A stretch of 63,561 nt of DNA, the filler included, from Deltaproteobacteria bacterium (GTDB taxonomy: Bacteria > JAUYMQ01), in assembly GCA_030698575.1 (NCBI GenBank). It is 10 parts of 10 records of this genome, joined end to end, with 100 filler letters (N's around TTAATTAATTAA, not from the genome) between each part and the next. Parts side by side here need not be neighbours in the genome. Positions count along the whole stretch, not along the records: positions 1 to 12,113 come from JAUYMQ010000080.1; positions 12,214 to 15,508 come from JAUYMQ010000092.1; positions 15,609 to 19,345 come from JAUYMQ010000343.1; positions 19,446 to 22,989 come from JAUYMQ010000111.1; 6 more parts are not named here. One strand, written 5' to 3'. The notes under the pieces were generated by a model that saw only the letters and a program-made list of their open reading frames with translations, did not search any database and was not told the origin of the DNA. Shown piece by piece: positions 11,856 through 19,989 of the stretch. A program made the position numbers and the translations under genes. Position 1 is the stretch's first letter; each line of letters opens with the position of its first letter.

Positions 11856-12029
11856 ATGGAACTGGTAAAGCGCTTTATCCGAGAGGACGACGGTGTCACG
11901 GCGATCGAGTACGCGCTGAGTGCGGCTCTCATCGCGGTGGCGATCATCACGAGTCGGGAACTCCTCGGTGGCACGATCTCCGATACGTTCGAGGAGATCG
12001 AGGACGCCATCAGCAACGCCGGAAACTAA
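11856..12029 (+). CDS. flp: Flp family type IVb pilin, second copy
   Basis: MELVKRFIREDDG|VTAIEYAL; AAGGAG RBS. Confidence 0.9.
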   Translation: MELVKRFIREDDGVTAIEYALSAALIAVAIITSRELLGGTISDTFEEIEDAISNAGN

Positions 12030-12113
12030 TCACGTTTCCGCGCGTGGCCCACTGCCTCCTCAGAACTGGATCAGGCAATGGGTAGTTCCGGGTTTCACTG
12101 CGCACTGCTCGGA

Positions 12114-12213
12114 NNNNNNNNNNNNNNNNNNNNNNNNNNNNNNNNNNNNNNNNNNNNTTAATTAATTAANNNNNNNNNNNNNNNNNNNNNNNNNNNNNNN
12201 NNNNNNNNNNNNN
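12114..12213. other. Artificial contig spacer
   Basis: 100-nt N-run with central TTAATTAATTAA (stops in all six frames); identical design at nine places. Confidence 0.97.
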
Positions 12214-13386
12214 CCGTTCTCCGCGATCGTCTTCAAGACGGTGGTGGATCAGTTCGCCGGCACCCTGTCGGTCATGCGCATTGTCTCGGGAAAGCTCACG
12301 GCCGACACCCATGCGCTGAACGCGGCGCGCGGCAACAAGGAGAAGCTGGCCCACCCTCTCTTCCTCATGGGGAAGAAGCAGCAGCCCGCCGAAGACCCGG
12401 GCCCCGGCGACATCGTGGCGGTGGCCAAGCTCAAGAACACCCACACGGGAGACACGCTCTGTGAGGAAAAGGCGGCCCTACAGTATCCCTTCCCGCCCCC
12501 GCCCCGCGGAGTTCTGGGCTACTCCCTGACGGCAAAGACCAAGCAGGACGAGGATAAAGTAAACAGCTGCCTGCACCGATTGATCGAGGAGGACCCCAGT
12601 CTCCACCTGGACCGGGACTCCCAGACCAAGGAGCACCTGCTCTCGGGAATGGGGCAGCAGCACATCGACGTCACCATCGAAAAGCTCAAGCGGAAGTTCG
12701 GCGTCGAAGTGACCCTGAGCGTCCCCACGGTCCCCTACAGGGAGACCGTCAGGGGGAAGGCGTCGGCCGAGGGAAAGCTCAAGAAGCAGACCGGCGGGCA
12801 CGGGCAGTTCGCAGTGGCCTGGCTGGAGGTGAGCCCGCTGCCCCGCGGAAAGGGGTTCGAGTTCGAGGATCGGATCGTGGGAGGCGTCATTCCGAGGAAC
12901 TTCATCCCCGCGGTCGAGAAGGGATTGCTCGAGGCGAAGGAGCATGGCGTGCTGGCCGGTTTCCCCGTCGTCGACTTCAAGGCGGCGGTTTTCGACGGCA
13001 AGCACCACCCCGTCGACTCCTCCGAGATCGCCTTCAAGCTGGCCGCCAGCTTCGGTTTCAAGGCGGCCATGCAGCAGGCGCAGCCCACGATCCTGGAGCC
13101 GATCATGTCGATGGAGATAGAGGTTCCGGAGGAGAACGTAGGTGACGTGATAGGGGATCTGAACCAGCGGCGCGGCCGCGTCCTTGGGGTGGATACCCGA
13201 GCGGGACATCAGGTGATCAAGGCGCAGGCGCCCATGGCCGAGGTGCTGAGCTACGCGCAGTCGCTGACCTCCATCACGAGCGGCAAGGGAAGCTTCTCGA
13301 TGGACTTTGATCACTACGACGAGGCCCCCGCGCCGATTCGTGAAAAGATCGTCGCGGAGGCGGCGGCGAAGAAGCAGGAGGATTAA
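12214..13386 (+). CDS. fusA: Elongation factor G or EF-G2-like paralog, C-terminal part (5' truncated by contig end)
   Basis: GDIVAVAKL, TGDTL, LIEEDPS, LSGMGQQH, VPYRET, KKQTGGHGQFA, HPVDSSEIAF and ILEPIM; divergent features suggest the secondary EF-G paralog. Confidence 0.88.
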   Translation, partial: PFSAIVFKTVVDQFAGTLSVMRIVSGKLTADTHALNAARGNKEKLAHPLFLMGKKQQPAEDPGPGDIVAVAKLKNTHTGDTLCEEKAALQYPFPPPPRGVLGYSLTAKTKQDEDKVNSCLHRLIEEDPSLHLDRDSQTKEHLLSGMGQQHIDVTIEKLKRKFGVEVTLSVPTVPYRETVRGKASAEGKLKKQTGGHGQFAVAWLEVSPLPRGKGFEFEDRIVGGVIPRNFIPAVEKGLLEAKEHGVLAGFPVVDFKAAVFDGKHHPVDSSEIAFKLAASFGFKAAMQQAQPTILEPIMSMEIEVPEENVGDVIGDLNQRRGRVLGVDTRAGHQVIKAQAPMAEVLSYAQSLTSITSGKGSFSMDFDHYDEAPAPIREKIVAEAAAKKQED

Positions 13387-13396
13387 CCGCAAACCC

Positions 13397-14467
13397 ATGT
13401 CCAGCTCACCCGTCAAGATCACGCTCTCGCGCGAAGCGGCGCGTTACATCCGCGCCGGCACGCCCCGCGAGGTGAAGCTCGAGGCCGCGCGCGGAGAACT
13501 CGCGCTCGAGCTGTCGGAGTGGATTACCGTGCTGTACCTGCTAAGCCAGGAGCCGGACGACGAGATCCGGGCCAGCGCCCGTGAGCGTGTCCGCGGCATC
13601 CCCCAGGAGAAGGCCCTCAAGGCGCTCGATTGCGGCCTCGCGACCCCTGTTATCGATCTTCTCGCCCGCGAGCATTCCGAGGATGACGTCCTGCTTCTTC
13701 AGATTGCCAACCGGCCGGATGTAGCCGACGAGACACTCGCCTTCCTGGCCACGCTTCCGAACAAATCCGTTCTCGACGCGGTGGCCCGCAACAGCGATCG
13801 CGTGCTGCGCTCGCCGGCGATTCTGGAGGCCCTCGGGACCAATCCCCTCGGCTCCCGCACCATGGTCGACAAGCTCCTCTTCCTTTTTGGCGTGGAGCGC
13901 CGGCTCGTGGCGGAGGCGGAAGAAGGCGAGGACAAGGTCGAGGAAAAGGGCGCCGAGCTGATCGATAGGGCAGCGACGGTCGACACGAGTGATCTTCCGG
14001 CGGAGTTGACCGAAGATGTCGGGACGGGCCCGGACCAGCGGCGCTTCGATGAGCACAACCTCATGACCATGGTGAGGTCGCTGACGGTCTTCCAGAAAAT
14101 AAAGCTTGCCCTCCTGGGGAACAAGGAAGCCCGGGGAATCCTGGTGCGTGACCGAAACAAGATTGTCTGCTCGGCCGCGGTCCGCAATCCCAAGGTGACC
14201 GAGAACGAGATCGTCGGCTTTACCAAATCGAAGGAAATGTCCGAGGAAGTGCTCCGGATCATCGCCAAGAATCGCGACTGGACCAAGTGCTACCAGGTCC
14301 AGATGGGCCTGGTTTCAAATCCGAAGACACCGCTGATCTATGCGATGAAGTTCGTAGGCTACCTGCAGGAACGTGATCTCAGAAGTCTCGCCAAGAGCCG
14401 TGACGTCCCGCCCCAGATCAACGCCCAGGCGAGGCGGTTGCTCAACCAGAAGCAGGGGGGTCGCTAG
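13397..14467 (+). CDS. Conserved alpha-helical repeat (HEAT/LRV-like) hypothetical protein
   Basis: Repeated helical units (KIKLALLGNKEARGILVRD, AVRNP, LVSNPKTP); 10 nt after the EF-G gene. Confidence 0.7.
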   Translation: MSSSPVKITLSREAARYIRAGTPREVKLEAARGELALELSEWITVLYLLSQEPDDEIRASARERVRGIPQEKALKALDCGLATPVIDLLAREHSEDDVLLLQIANRPDVADETLAFLATLPNKSVLDAVARNSDRVLRSPAILEALGTNPLGSRTMVDKLLFLFGVERRLVAEAEEGEDKVEEKGAELIDRAATVDTSDLPAELTEDVGTGPDQRRFDEHNLMTMVRSLTVFQKIKLALLGNKEARGILVRDRNKIVCSAAVRNPKVTENEIVGFTKSKEMSEEVLRIIAKNRDWTKCYQVQMGLVSNPKTPLIYAMKFVGYLQERDLRSLAKSRDVPPQINAQARRLLNQKQGGR

Positions 14468-14470
14468 ACC

Positions 14471-15508
14471 ATGGCAAACGTCAACAAGCACACCCGCGAG
14501 GTCTCGGCGAACATCGTCTACTGCGGCCCGTCGGGCTCGGGGAAGACGGCAAGCGTCGAGTTCATCCACCGGAAGCTGCGCGCCGACCTGCGCGGCCGGC
14601 TCACGCGGACGCCGACCCAGATGGATCCGACCGTTTACTACGAAAGCCTCCCGGTCGAGCTGGGCGAGATCAAGGGGATGCGCACCAAGTTCCAGATCGC
14701 CAGCGCGCCCGGCGATCCGATTCTGCGCGCGGCACGGAAGACGCTTCTCCGCGACGTCGACGGAATCGTGTTTGTGGCCGACGCCCGCGCCGACCGGCTC
14801 GACGCCAATCTCGAGAGCCTGAAAGACCTCGAGGAGAATCTCGCAGCTTATGGCCGCTCGCTGGCCGACGTGCCGCTGGTCTTCCAGTGGAATCGTGAGG
14901 ACGAGCACGGCGCACTCGGAAAAGAGGAGATGGATCGGCGTTTGAACTCGCTCGGCGCGCAAGGCTTCCCGACCGTGGCGAGCGACGGCACGGGGGTGCT
15001 GGAGGCGCTTACGACCATCGCGAAACTCATCCTGCGCCAGCTCCGCGCCGCGCCGGCTTCGAAAGCGGCGCAACCCGCCGCAGTTCCACAGACCGAGGCC
15101 CCCAAGATCCGCGCCCGCGTGGCGGAGCCGCCGCCCCTGGATCTCGTCGAGGAAGCGCCTGTCATGGAAGCGGAAACGTTGGATCTCAGCGAAGAGATTT
15201 CTGACGAATCCGAGCTCCTCACGGAGCTACCCGAGGGTGAAGCGGTGGACGACGACGGGGTCGCGCTGGAGGGAGAGGAACTCCCGGAGGCGCTCATCGA
15301 GGAGTTCACCGAGGAGATGCCCGATCTGGATATCCCCATGGAGCCCGTCCGGGAAGACGCGGATTCGGATGAGAGTCTCGAACTAATCGAATCGGGTTTC
15401 CAGCCAATCGATTTCACCACGGAGGTCACCGAACTCGCGGAGCGGGGGAATATCGAAGACGAGTGGGAGATTGTCGCTGTTGGCTCTCCCACGCGCCTCG
15501 GCCCTGCC
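14471..15508 (+). CDS. MglA-like small GTPase with degenerate catalytic residues and a long acidic C-terminal extension (3' truncated)
   Basis: REVSANIVYCGPSGSGKT, LPVELGEIKG, VDGIVFVAD, ANLESL, FQWNRED and GTGV align with MglA. Confidence 0.85.
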
Positions 15509-15608
15509 NNNNNNNNNNNNNNNNNNNNNNNNNNNNNNNNNNNNNNNNNNNNTTAATTAATTAANNNNNNNNNNNNNNNNNNNNNNNNNNNNNNNNNNNN
15601 NNNNNNNN
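15509..15608. other. Artificial contig spacer
   Basis: N-run with TTAATTAATTAA. Confidence 0.97.
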
Positions 15609-15748
15609 CGACCGTTGTTGGCGTAATCGGGATGGAAGGCCAGCCCGAGAAGCCCCTGCTCGATCCCACCCGCCTGAACCCGGTGGGTGAGGTCGAGAAA
15701 GGCCGGGTCGAGCATCTCACGGCCGGCGTCGAGGAATCGGCGGATCAA
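15609..15748 (-). CDS. Fragment of a PQQ-dependent sugar (glucose/sorbosone) dehydrogenase-family gene
   Basis: AFLDL and [17 protein letters not shown]; runs into the contig end and appears to lack the usual N-terminus. Confidence 0.6.
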
Positions 15749-16470
15749 GGGTGTGTTGCTCCCGCGGGAGGAGGAAAACCGGGCGGCCGACGGGCCTGGG
15801 ACATGTCGCGCAGCAAATGGGGGAGTCGCGGAACGGCCAGCCGTCCGGCGCCTCGCATCGCTCGCCAGGCGGCGGCCCGCCCGGGCCCCCAGGGAAGGTC
15901 GTATTTCTCCCGCAAACGGTCCGGTAGCAAGGCCGCCGTCACGAGGGAGAGCACGGAGGCGGCCGGGGCGCCGAGCACTCCGGCCATGCGCTTCGTCTCC
16001 TCGTAGTAGCGAAGGAGCGCCGGGGAATCAAGCGGTCCGAAGAAGTCCCGGTAGACGCGCAGCGAGGTGTCGATGAGCGTGGCGTGCACCCAGAGGAGAA
16101 GCGCCGGATCGTTCGCCTCGTAGGGCGTGCTCGCCGGGAAGGGGCCGGCCGCCTCCCGGAGCGTGCCTCGCACGCGGGTATGGGTCTCGCGAACGCGGCC
16201 GGCCCAGGCCAGCGCCGTTTCACGATCGCCGAAGACGATGGCCAGCATCGTGTCGAGCGTCCGGCGGAGACGCCCGAGAGGATCGGCGCGAAAATTGCTG
16301 TGGGCCTCGACGCCCTCGGCCACCAGCGGGTGCGCGAGTTGCAGAAGCAGCGCGCGCCCTCCGCCGAGCAGGAGCACCCCCTCGCGGTGAACCCGGCGGA
16401 TGGGACTTCCTGGTTCGAAGAGCCCCTTTTCGCCGGACCGCCCGCGCTCCCCGCTTGCCCTCGCGCCCAT
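15745..16470 (-). CDS. Oxygenase MpaB / DUF2236 family protein, possibly internally deleted
   Basis: [44 protein letters not shown] and LLP-x2-LR. Confidence 0.85.
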   Translation of the reverse strand: MGARASGERGRSGEKGLFEPGSPIRRVHREGVLLLGGGRALLLQLAHPLVAEGVEAHSNFRADPLGRLRRTLDTMLAIVFGDRETALAWAGRVRETHTRVRGTLREAAGPFPASTPYEANDPALLLWVHATLIDTSLRVYRDFFGPLDSPALLRYYEETKRMAGVLGAPAASVLSLVTAALLPDRLREKYDLPWGPGRAAAWRAMRGAGRLAVPRLPHLLRDMSQARRPPGFPPPAGATHP

Positions 16471-16582
16471 TCAGGGAGGGTTGCCCCGGCCATCGCGAAA
16501 CGCAAGGGGCGCGGAAGCGGCTCTCGAACGAAGCGGCGCACCACGAGGGGCGCCGCTTGATCGCGAGCTTCCGGATCCGCCT

Positions 16583-17704
16583 CTAGGGACAGGGGAAGAA
16601 CCCGGTGATACCGGCGGGGAAGTCCACCATGAAGATGTTGCCGGTGAAGCAGTTCCCCGTGCCGCTGGCGTCGTACACGATGTCCGCCCCCGGCGTCGTG
16701 GCGCGCAGCGGATCCGGGCTACTCCCGTTCTGGAGGATCACGTTGCTCTCGACCCGGTTGTTATCCGGGAAGGGCTCGATGCGCGGATCGAAGACCGCGA
16801 AGGGGTTCGCGATGATCGCCACGCCCAGCGAGTCGTTCCCATTGACGACGTTGTCCTTGATGAGGACGTTGTCGCCACCAACGTTAAGAATTCCGGTGCC
16901 GGTCGGCAACGCTCCCTCAGCTTCTCCTCCACCCGGCCCGGGCGGCGGCACCGGGTTCGGGAAGTTGTTCTTGTTCACCACGTTATTCACGATCTTGACG
17001 TTCTCCGTCTTCGGGATCGGCAGCCCCGGCAGCACCACGACGAGAATCCCGGTGGTGTTCCCGATGGCCTTGTTATTGATTACATCCGCATTGAGCGTGT
17101 TCTCCACTTCGATGCCGATGGTGCAACGGGTCACGTGGTTCTTCGTCACGAGAACGGTGTCGTCATCACCGACGTAGATTCCCGCGTCCTCGGTCCCCTC
17201 GACCTGGTTGAAGTCGATAAGCCCGTTGGTCGAGCAGATCGGGAAGATCCCGTACTCCTCGTTGTCGATATATTTGCCGCCGGTGATATGGTAGTTGTTC
17301 ACGCCGATGACAAAGACGCCGTTCTCATCGGCGTTCTTGACCGTGAGCCCCTGCACCGTGAAACCGTCGATGCCTGGCGTCGGGCAAATTGGGAATCCAC
17401 CGGGTCCGGGCGTGATCGCCCCGCCGGCCACCGTGATACCGTTCTCGAATCCCTCGGCGTCGATGATCGCGCCGTGACTCCCCTGGATGGTCAGCCCGCT
17501 CGTGGTGACGAGCACGCTTTCCTTGTAGACGCCCGGTGGCACGACAATCGTGTCTCCGGGGCTGGCGCTGTCCACCGCCGCCTGGATCGTGGTTTCCACG
17601 ACGATGACGTCGCCGGCCAGAGCCGCGGCTGGCGCGACGAGCGCCAGAACACCCAGGAACACACCCGCCAGCAGCAGGATCTTGTTCTTCGCTTCGTTCT
17701 TCAT
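16583..17704 (-). CDS. Secreted right-handed parallel beta-helix repeat protein (NosD/pectin lyase-like fold)
   Basis: Signal peptide; TIQAAVDSASPGDTIVVPPGVYKE; repeats such as NEEYGIFP, DAGIYVG, GIEVEN and NTTGILV. Confidence 0.85.
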   Translation of the reverse strand: MKNEAKNKILLLAGVFLGVLALVAPAAALAGDVIVVETTIQAAVDSASPGDTIVVPPGVYKESVLVTTSGLTIQGSHGAIIDAEGFENGITVAGGAITPGPGGFPICPTPGIDGFTVQGLTVKNADENGVFVIGVNNYHITGGKYIDNEEYGIFPICSTNGLIDFNQVEGTEDAGIYVGDDDTVLVTKNHVTRCTIGIEVENTLNADVINNKAIGNTTGILVVVLPGLPIPKTENVKIVNNVVNKNNFPNPVPPPGPGGGEAEGALPTGTGILNVGGDNVLIKDNVVNGNDSLGVAIIANPFAVFDPRIEPFPDNNRVESNVILQNGSSPDPLRATTPGADIVYDASGTGNCFTGNIFMVDFPAGITGFFPCP

Positions 17705-18306
17705 GGCACCCTCCCTATCGATGTGAATTCTCATCCCCACCGAGGGGCACCTTTTGCTCCCGTCCGGCGGAGACTGCGAGCTATACCCGTTATGCTTGCA
17801 AGTTTCGTGCGTGTTCCCGAGAGCAACAGGTGGGTCCGTTTCCGGTGCAATTTCAAGTGCTTGTAGAAACAAATCTGTGTCACGTTGCGTCAGAGTCGCG
17901 CTATGAGTGAAAACTTTTCCACAGAATGGGTAAAGATTTCTCTCGTCGGGGCAGCGTTCCTGGGCCGGCGAGGCCTCCGCTCACGCGAGCGTCCGCATTC
18001 ACTCACCGCACGTCGCCCGTCCCTGTTTCCAGGGCGTTGCGGCTGCGCGCCACCCGTGCGCTCACCGAACGGCGCCGCTTCACGATGCCGTGATTCACCA
18101 GCACCGCGACCGTGCCCATCGCCACAGGGACCGGGGTACCGGGCGGGCGAGGCGCTTCCTCCGCGTGCGATGAGTGGAAAGCCTTTTCCCAAAAAGGGAA
18201 AAATCGTTCCACGATTTCACGCTCTTTCGTGCTCGGCTGAAACCCCCCGATCGGATTTACGGAAGGGCGCCGGGTACTTATGGCAAGGCGTGGTTAGTCG
18301 CCCACA

Positions 18307-18322
18307 CGGCATGAAATTTGCG
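18307..18322 (+). promoter_or_regulatory. Putative sigma-54 promoter with no immediately downstream CDS
   Basis: CGGCAT-GAAAT-TTGCG with correct GG/GC spacing; palindromes at 18184-18202 and 18201-18217 lie at enhancer distance. Confidence 0.55.
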
Positions 18323-18332
18323 TACAGAGTGA

Positions 18333-18446
18333 ACCATTATCCATTCCTGCACCATGATCTGGCGCACGCAACTCCCTCGGGCCGGGAGGGTTGCGAACGT
18401 CAGTACAAGAGCGGGTCAGTCCTTCGGGCTGGCCCGCTCTCATTTC
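18333..18446 (+). ncRNA. Candidate sigma-54-dependent small RNA
   Basis: Unstructured C/U/A-rich 5' part, hairpin 18361-18401, then a long hairpin 18408-18440 with a cUUCGg loop and short U tail. Confidence 0.4.
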
Positions 18447-18614
18447 GGGGCCGGTCGCATCACGCGTGCCGGCGACCCACCCTCCCCCAAACGTGTCGGA
18501 GGGCGATGCGCCGGTTCGGGCGGCGTCCCGCCGGTTTTTCTCGCCCGGAGCAGACGATCTTCGGCGCCGCGCCCGCAACGGGTTCGAGGTTTTTTTATTT
18601 CCGCTTGCGGTTAC

Positions 18615-18626
18615 ACAATGTATTGT
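18615..18626. promoter_or_regulatory. Palindromic operator candidate overlapping the XRE gene promoter
   Basis: ACAATGTATTGT, directly downstream of a TTGCGG -35-like hexamer in an AT-rich patch. Confidence 0.45.
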
Positions 18627-18679
18627 TCTAGTTTTTTTCTTTCGAGGGGGGAGCGCCACGGGATTTGGAGAGTCGTCCC

Positions 18680-18928
18680 ATGAAAAGAGCGCGAACCAGA
18701 AAGACAAAGAACGATTTGCGGAAGGGCTTCGTAAAACGGCTCCGGATTGTGCGAGGAAACCGGAGCCAGGCGCAGTTCGCCAGGGATCTCGACGTCTTTC
18801 AGCAGAATATCAACCGGTACGAGCACGGCACGCTGCCGCACGTCGACTTCCTCATTGCGCTCGCGCGGGCCGAGAACGTTTCGGTCGACTGGCTTCTGAT
18901 GGGCCGGGGGAGCCGCAGCGGCAGGTAA
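18680..18928 (+). CDS. XRE-family helix-turn-helix regulator
   Basis: KRLRIVRG, SQAQFARDL, QQNINRYEHG and VSVDWLLMG. Confidence 0.9.
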   Translation: MKRARTRKTKNDLRKGFVKRLRIVRGNRSQAQFARDLDVFQQNINRYEHGTLPHVDFLIALARAENVSVDWLLMGRGSRSGR

Positions 18929-19026
18929 AGGTCCCGCGCCGACCCGACCCGCGCGAGGCGGCTGTGCTGCCGCGCGCTCCTGGCCGTGCGTGCGGGCCGG
19001 GCCGCACGCGTCCCCCGGAGGCCTTG

Positions 19027-19345
19027 ATGAACGCGGCGCGTCTGGTCGCCCTCGGCTGGATTACCTTCGGCGGAAGCCACATCCTCCTCTCCCACGGAAG
19101 CATCCGTTCAGCGCTGACCGGCAAGCTCGGCGCCCTGGGTTTCAGCGGCGTTTACTCACTCATCGCCCTGGCGGCGTTCACCGTTCTCGTCATGACGTAC
19201 TTTCCGGAGCGGCATGCCGGCGCGCCGCTCTGGGATCTGCGCCTGAGCATCCCGGCCGTGCGCGTCACCGAGGCGCTAGCCTATGTCGCCTTCTTCCTGA
19301 TAAGCGCCGGTCTCCTCGCGCCGAGCCCGCTTTCACTGGGTTCGC
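19027..19345 (+). CDS. NnrU-family membrane protein (3' truncated)
   Basis: FGGSH, IRSALTGKLG, FSGVYSLIAL and PLW. Confidence 0.75.
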
Positions 19346-19445
19346 NNNNNNNNNNNNNNNNNNNNNNNNNNNNNNNNNNNNNNNNNNNNTTAATTAATTA
19401 ANNNNNNNNNNNNNNNNNNNNNNNNNNNNNNNNNNNNNNNNNNNN
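19346..19445. other. Artificial contig spacer
   Basis: N-run with TTAATTAATTAA. Confidence 0.97.
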
Positions 19446-19989
19446 GCGCAGCCGCGCCCGAATCCGGCATGCGGGTGCTCGGGATCGGCTGCGGCACCGG
19501 GCCGTCACCGCGCGCCTCCTGGACCGCGGTGCGCTGGTCACGGCGGTGGATCAGAATCCCGCGATGCTCGAGCAGGCACGCTCCAGGTTGAGCGGCATCG
19601 GAACTGATCGGCTCGTGCTTCTCGAGCGAACCGCCTCGGAGATCGACGCCCTGTCCGAGGCGGATTTCGATGCGGTGGTCGCGAGCCTTTCGCTTTCGGA
19701 GATGTCGCCGCAGGAGCGCGCCTTCGTTCTCCGGGAGTCGTTGAAACGCCTGCGGCAGGGCGGCGTTCTCGCGATCGCGGACGAAGTCGTCCCCAGAGGC
19801 CGCTGGCGCCGTGTTCTTTTCTCGATCCTGCGCGGGCCCCAGGCCGCCCTGGCATGGCTATTCGTGGGGGCGACCTCCCACGCGATCAGGGAACTGGGCG
19901 CTGAGATGAGCGCGGCAGGCGCTGAACTACTGGATGAGCGGCGCTGGCAGGGCGGAATGCTGGCCCTGATCGTTGCGAGGAAGCGCTGA
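19446..19989 (+). pseudogene. Class I SAM methyltransferase (corrinoid protein-associated, CpaM-like), 5' truncated, frameshifted near 19500
   Basis: MRVLGIGCGTG motif I is out of frame by one base with AVTARLLDRGALVTAVDQNPAML, FDAVVASLSLSE and LAIADE; overlaps the start of the HgcAB-like gene. Confidence 0.75.

Noticed and set aside
17797..17812. Sigma-54 promoter on the minus strand for the beta-helix gene (ACGCACGAAACTTGCA)
   Set aside because: Lacks the invariant GG at -24
17915..17923. DnaA box TTTTCCACA suggesting an origin
   Set aside because: Single box with no cluster and no replication genes nearby
17885..18707. ORFs 17885-18631, 18294-18707 and the N-terminal extension of 18391-19401
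   Set aside because: Arg/Pro-rich compositions without motifs, overlapping promoter-like and hairpin sequence; the NnrU-like protein starts at 19027
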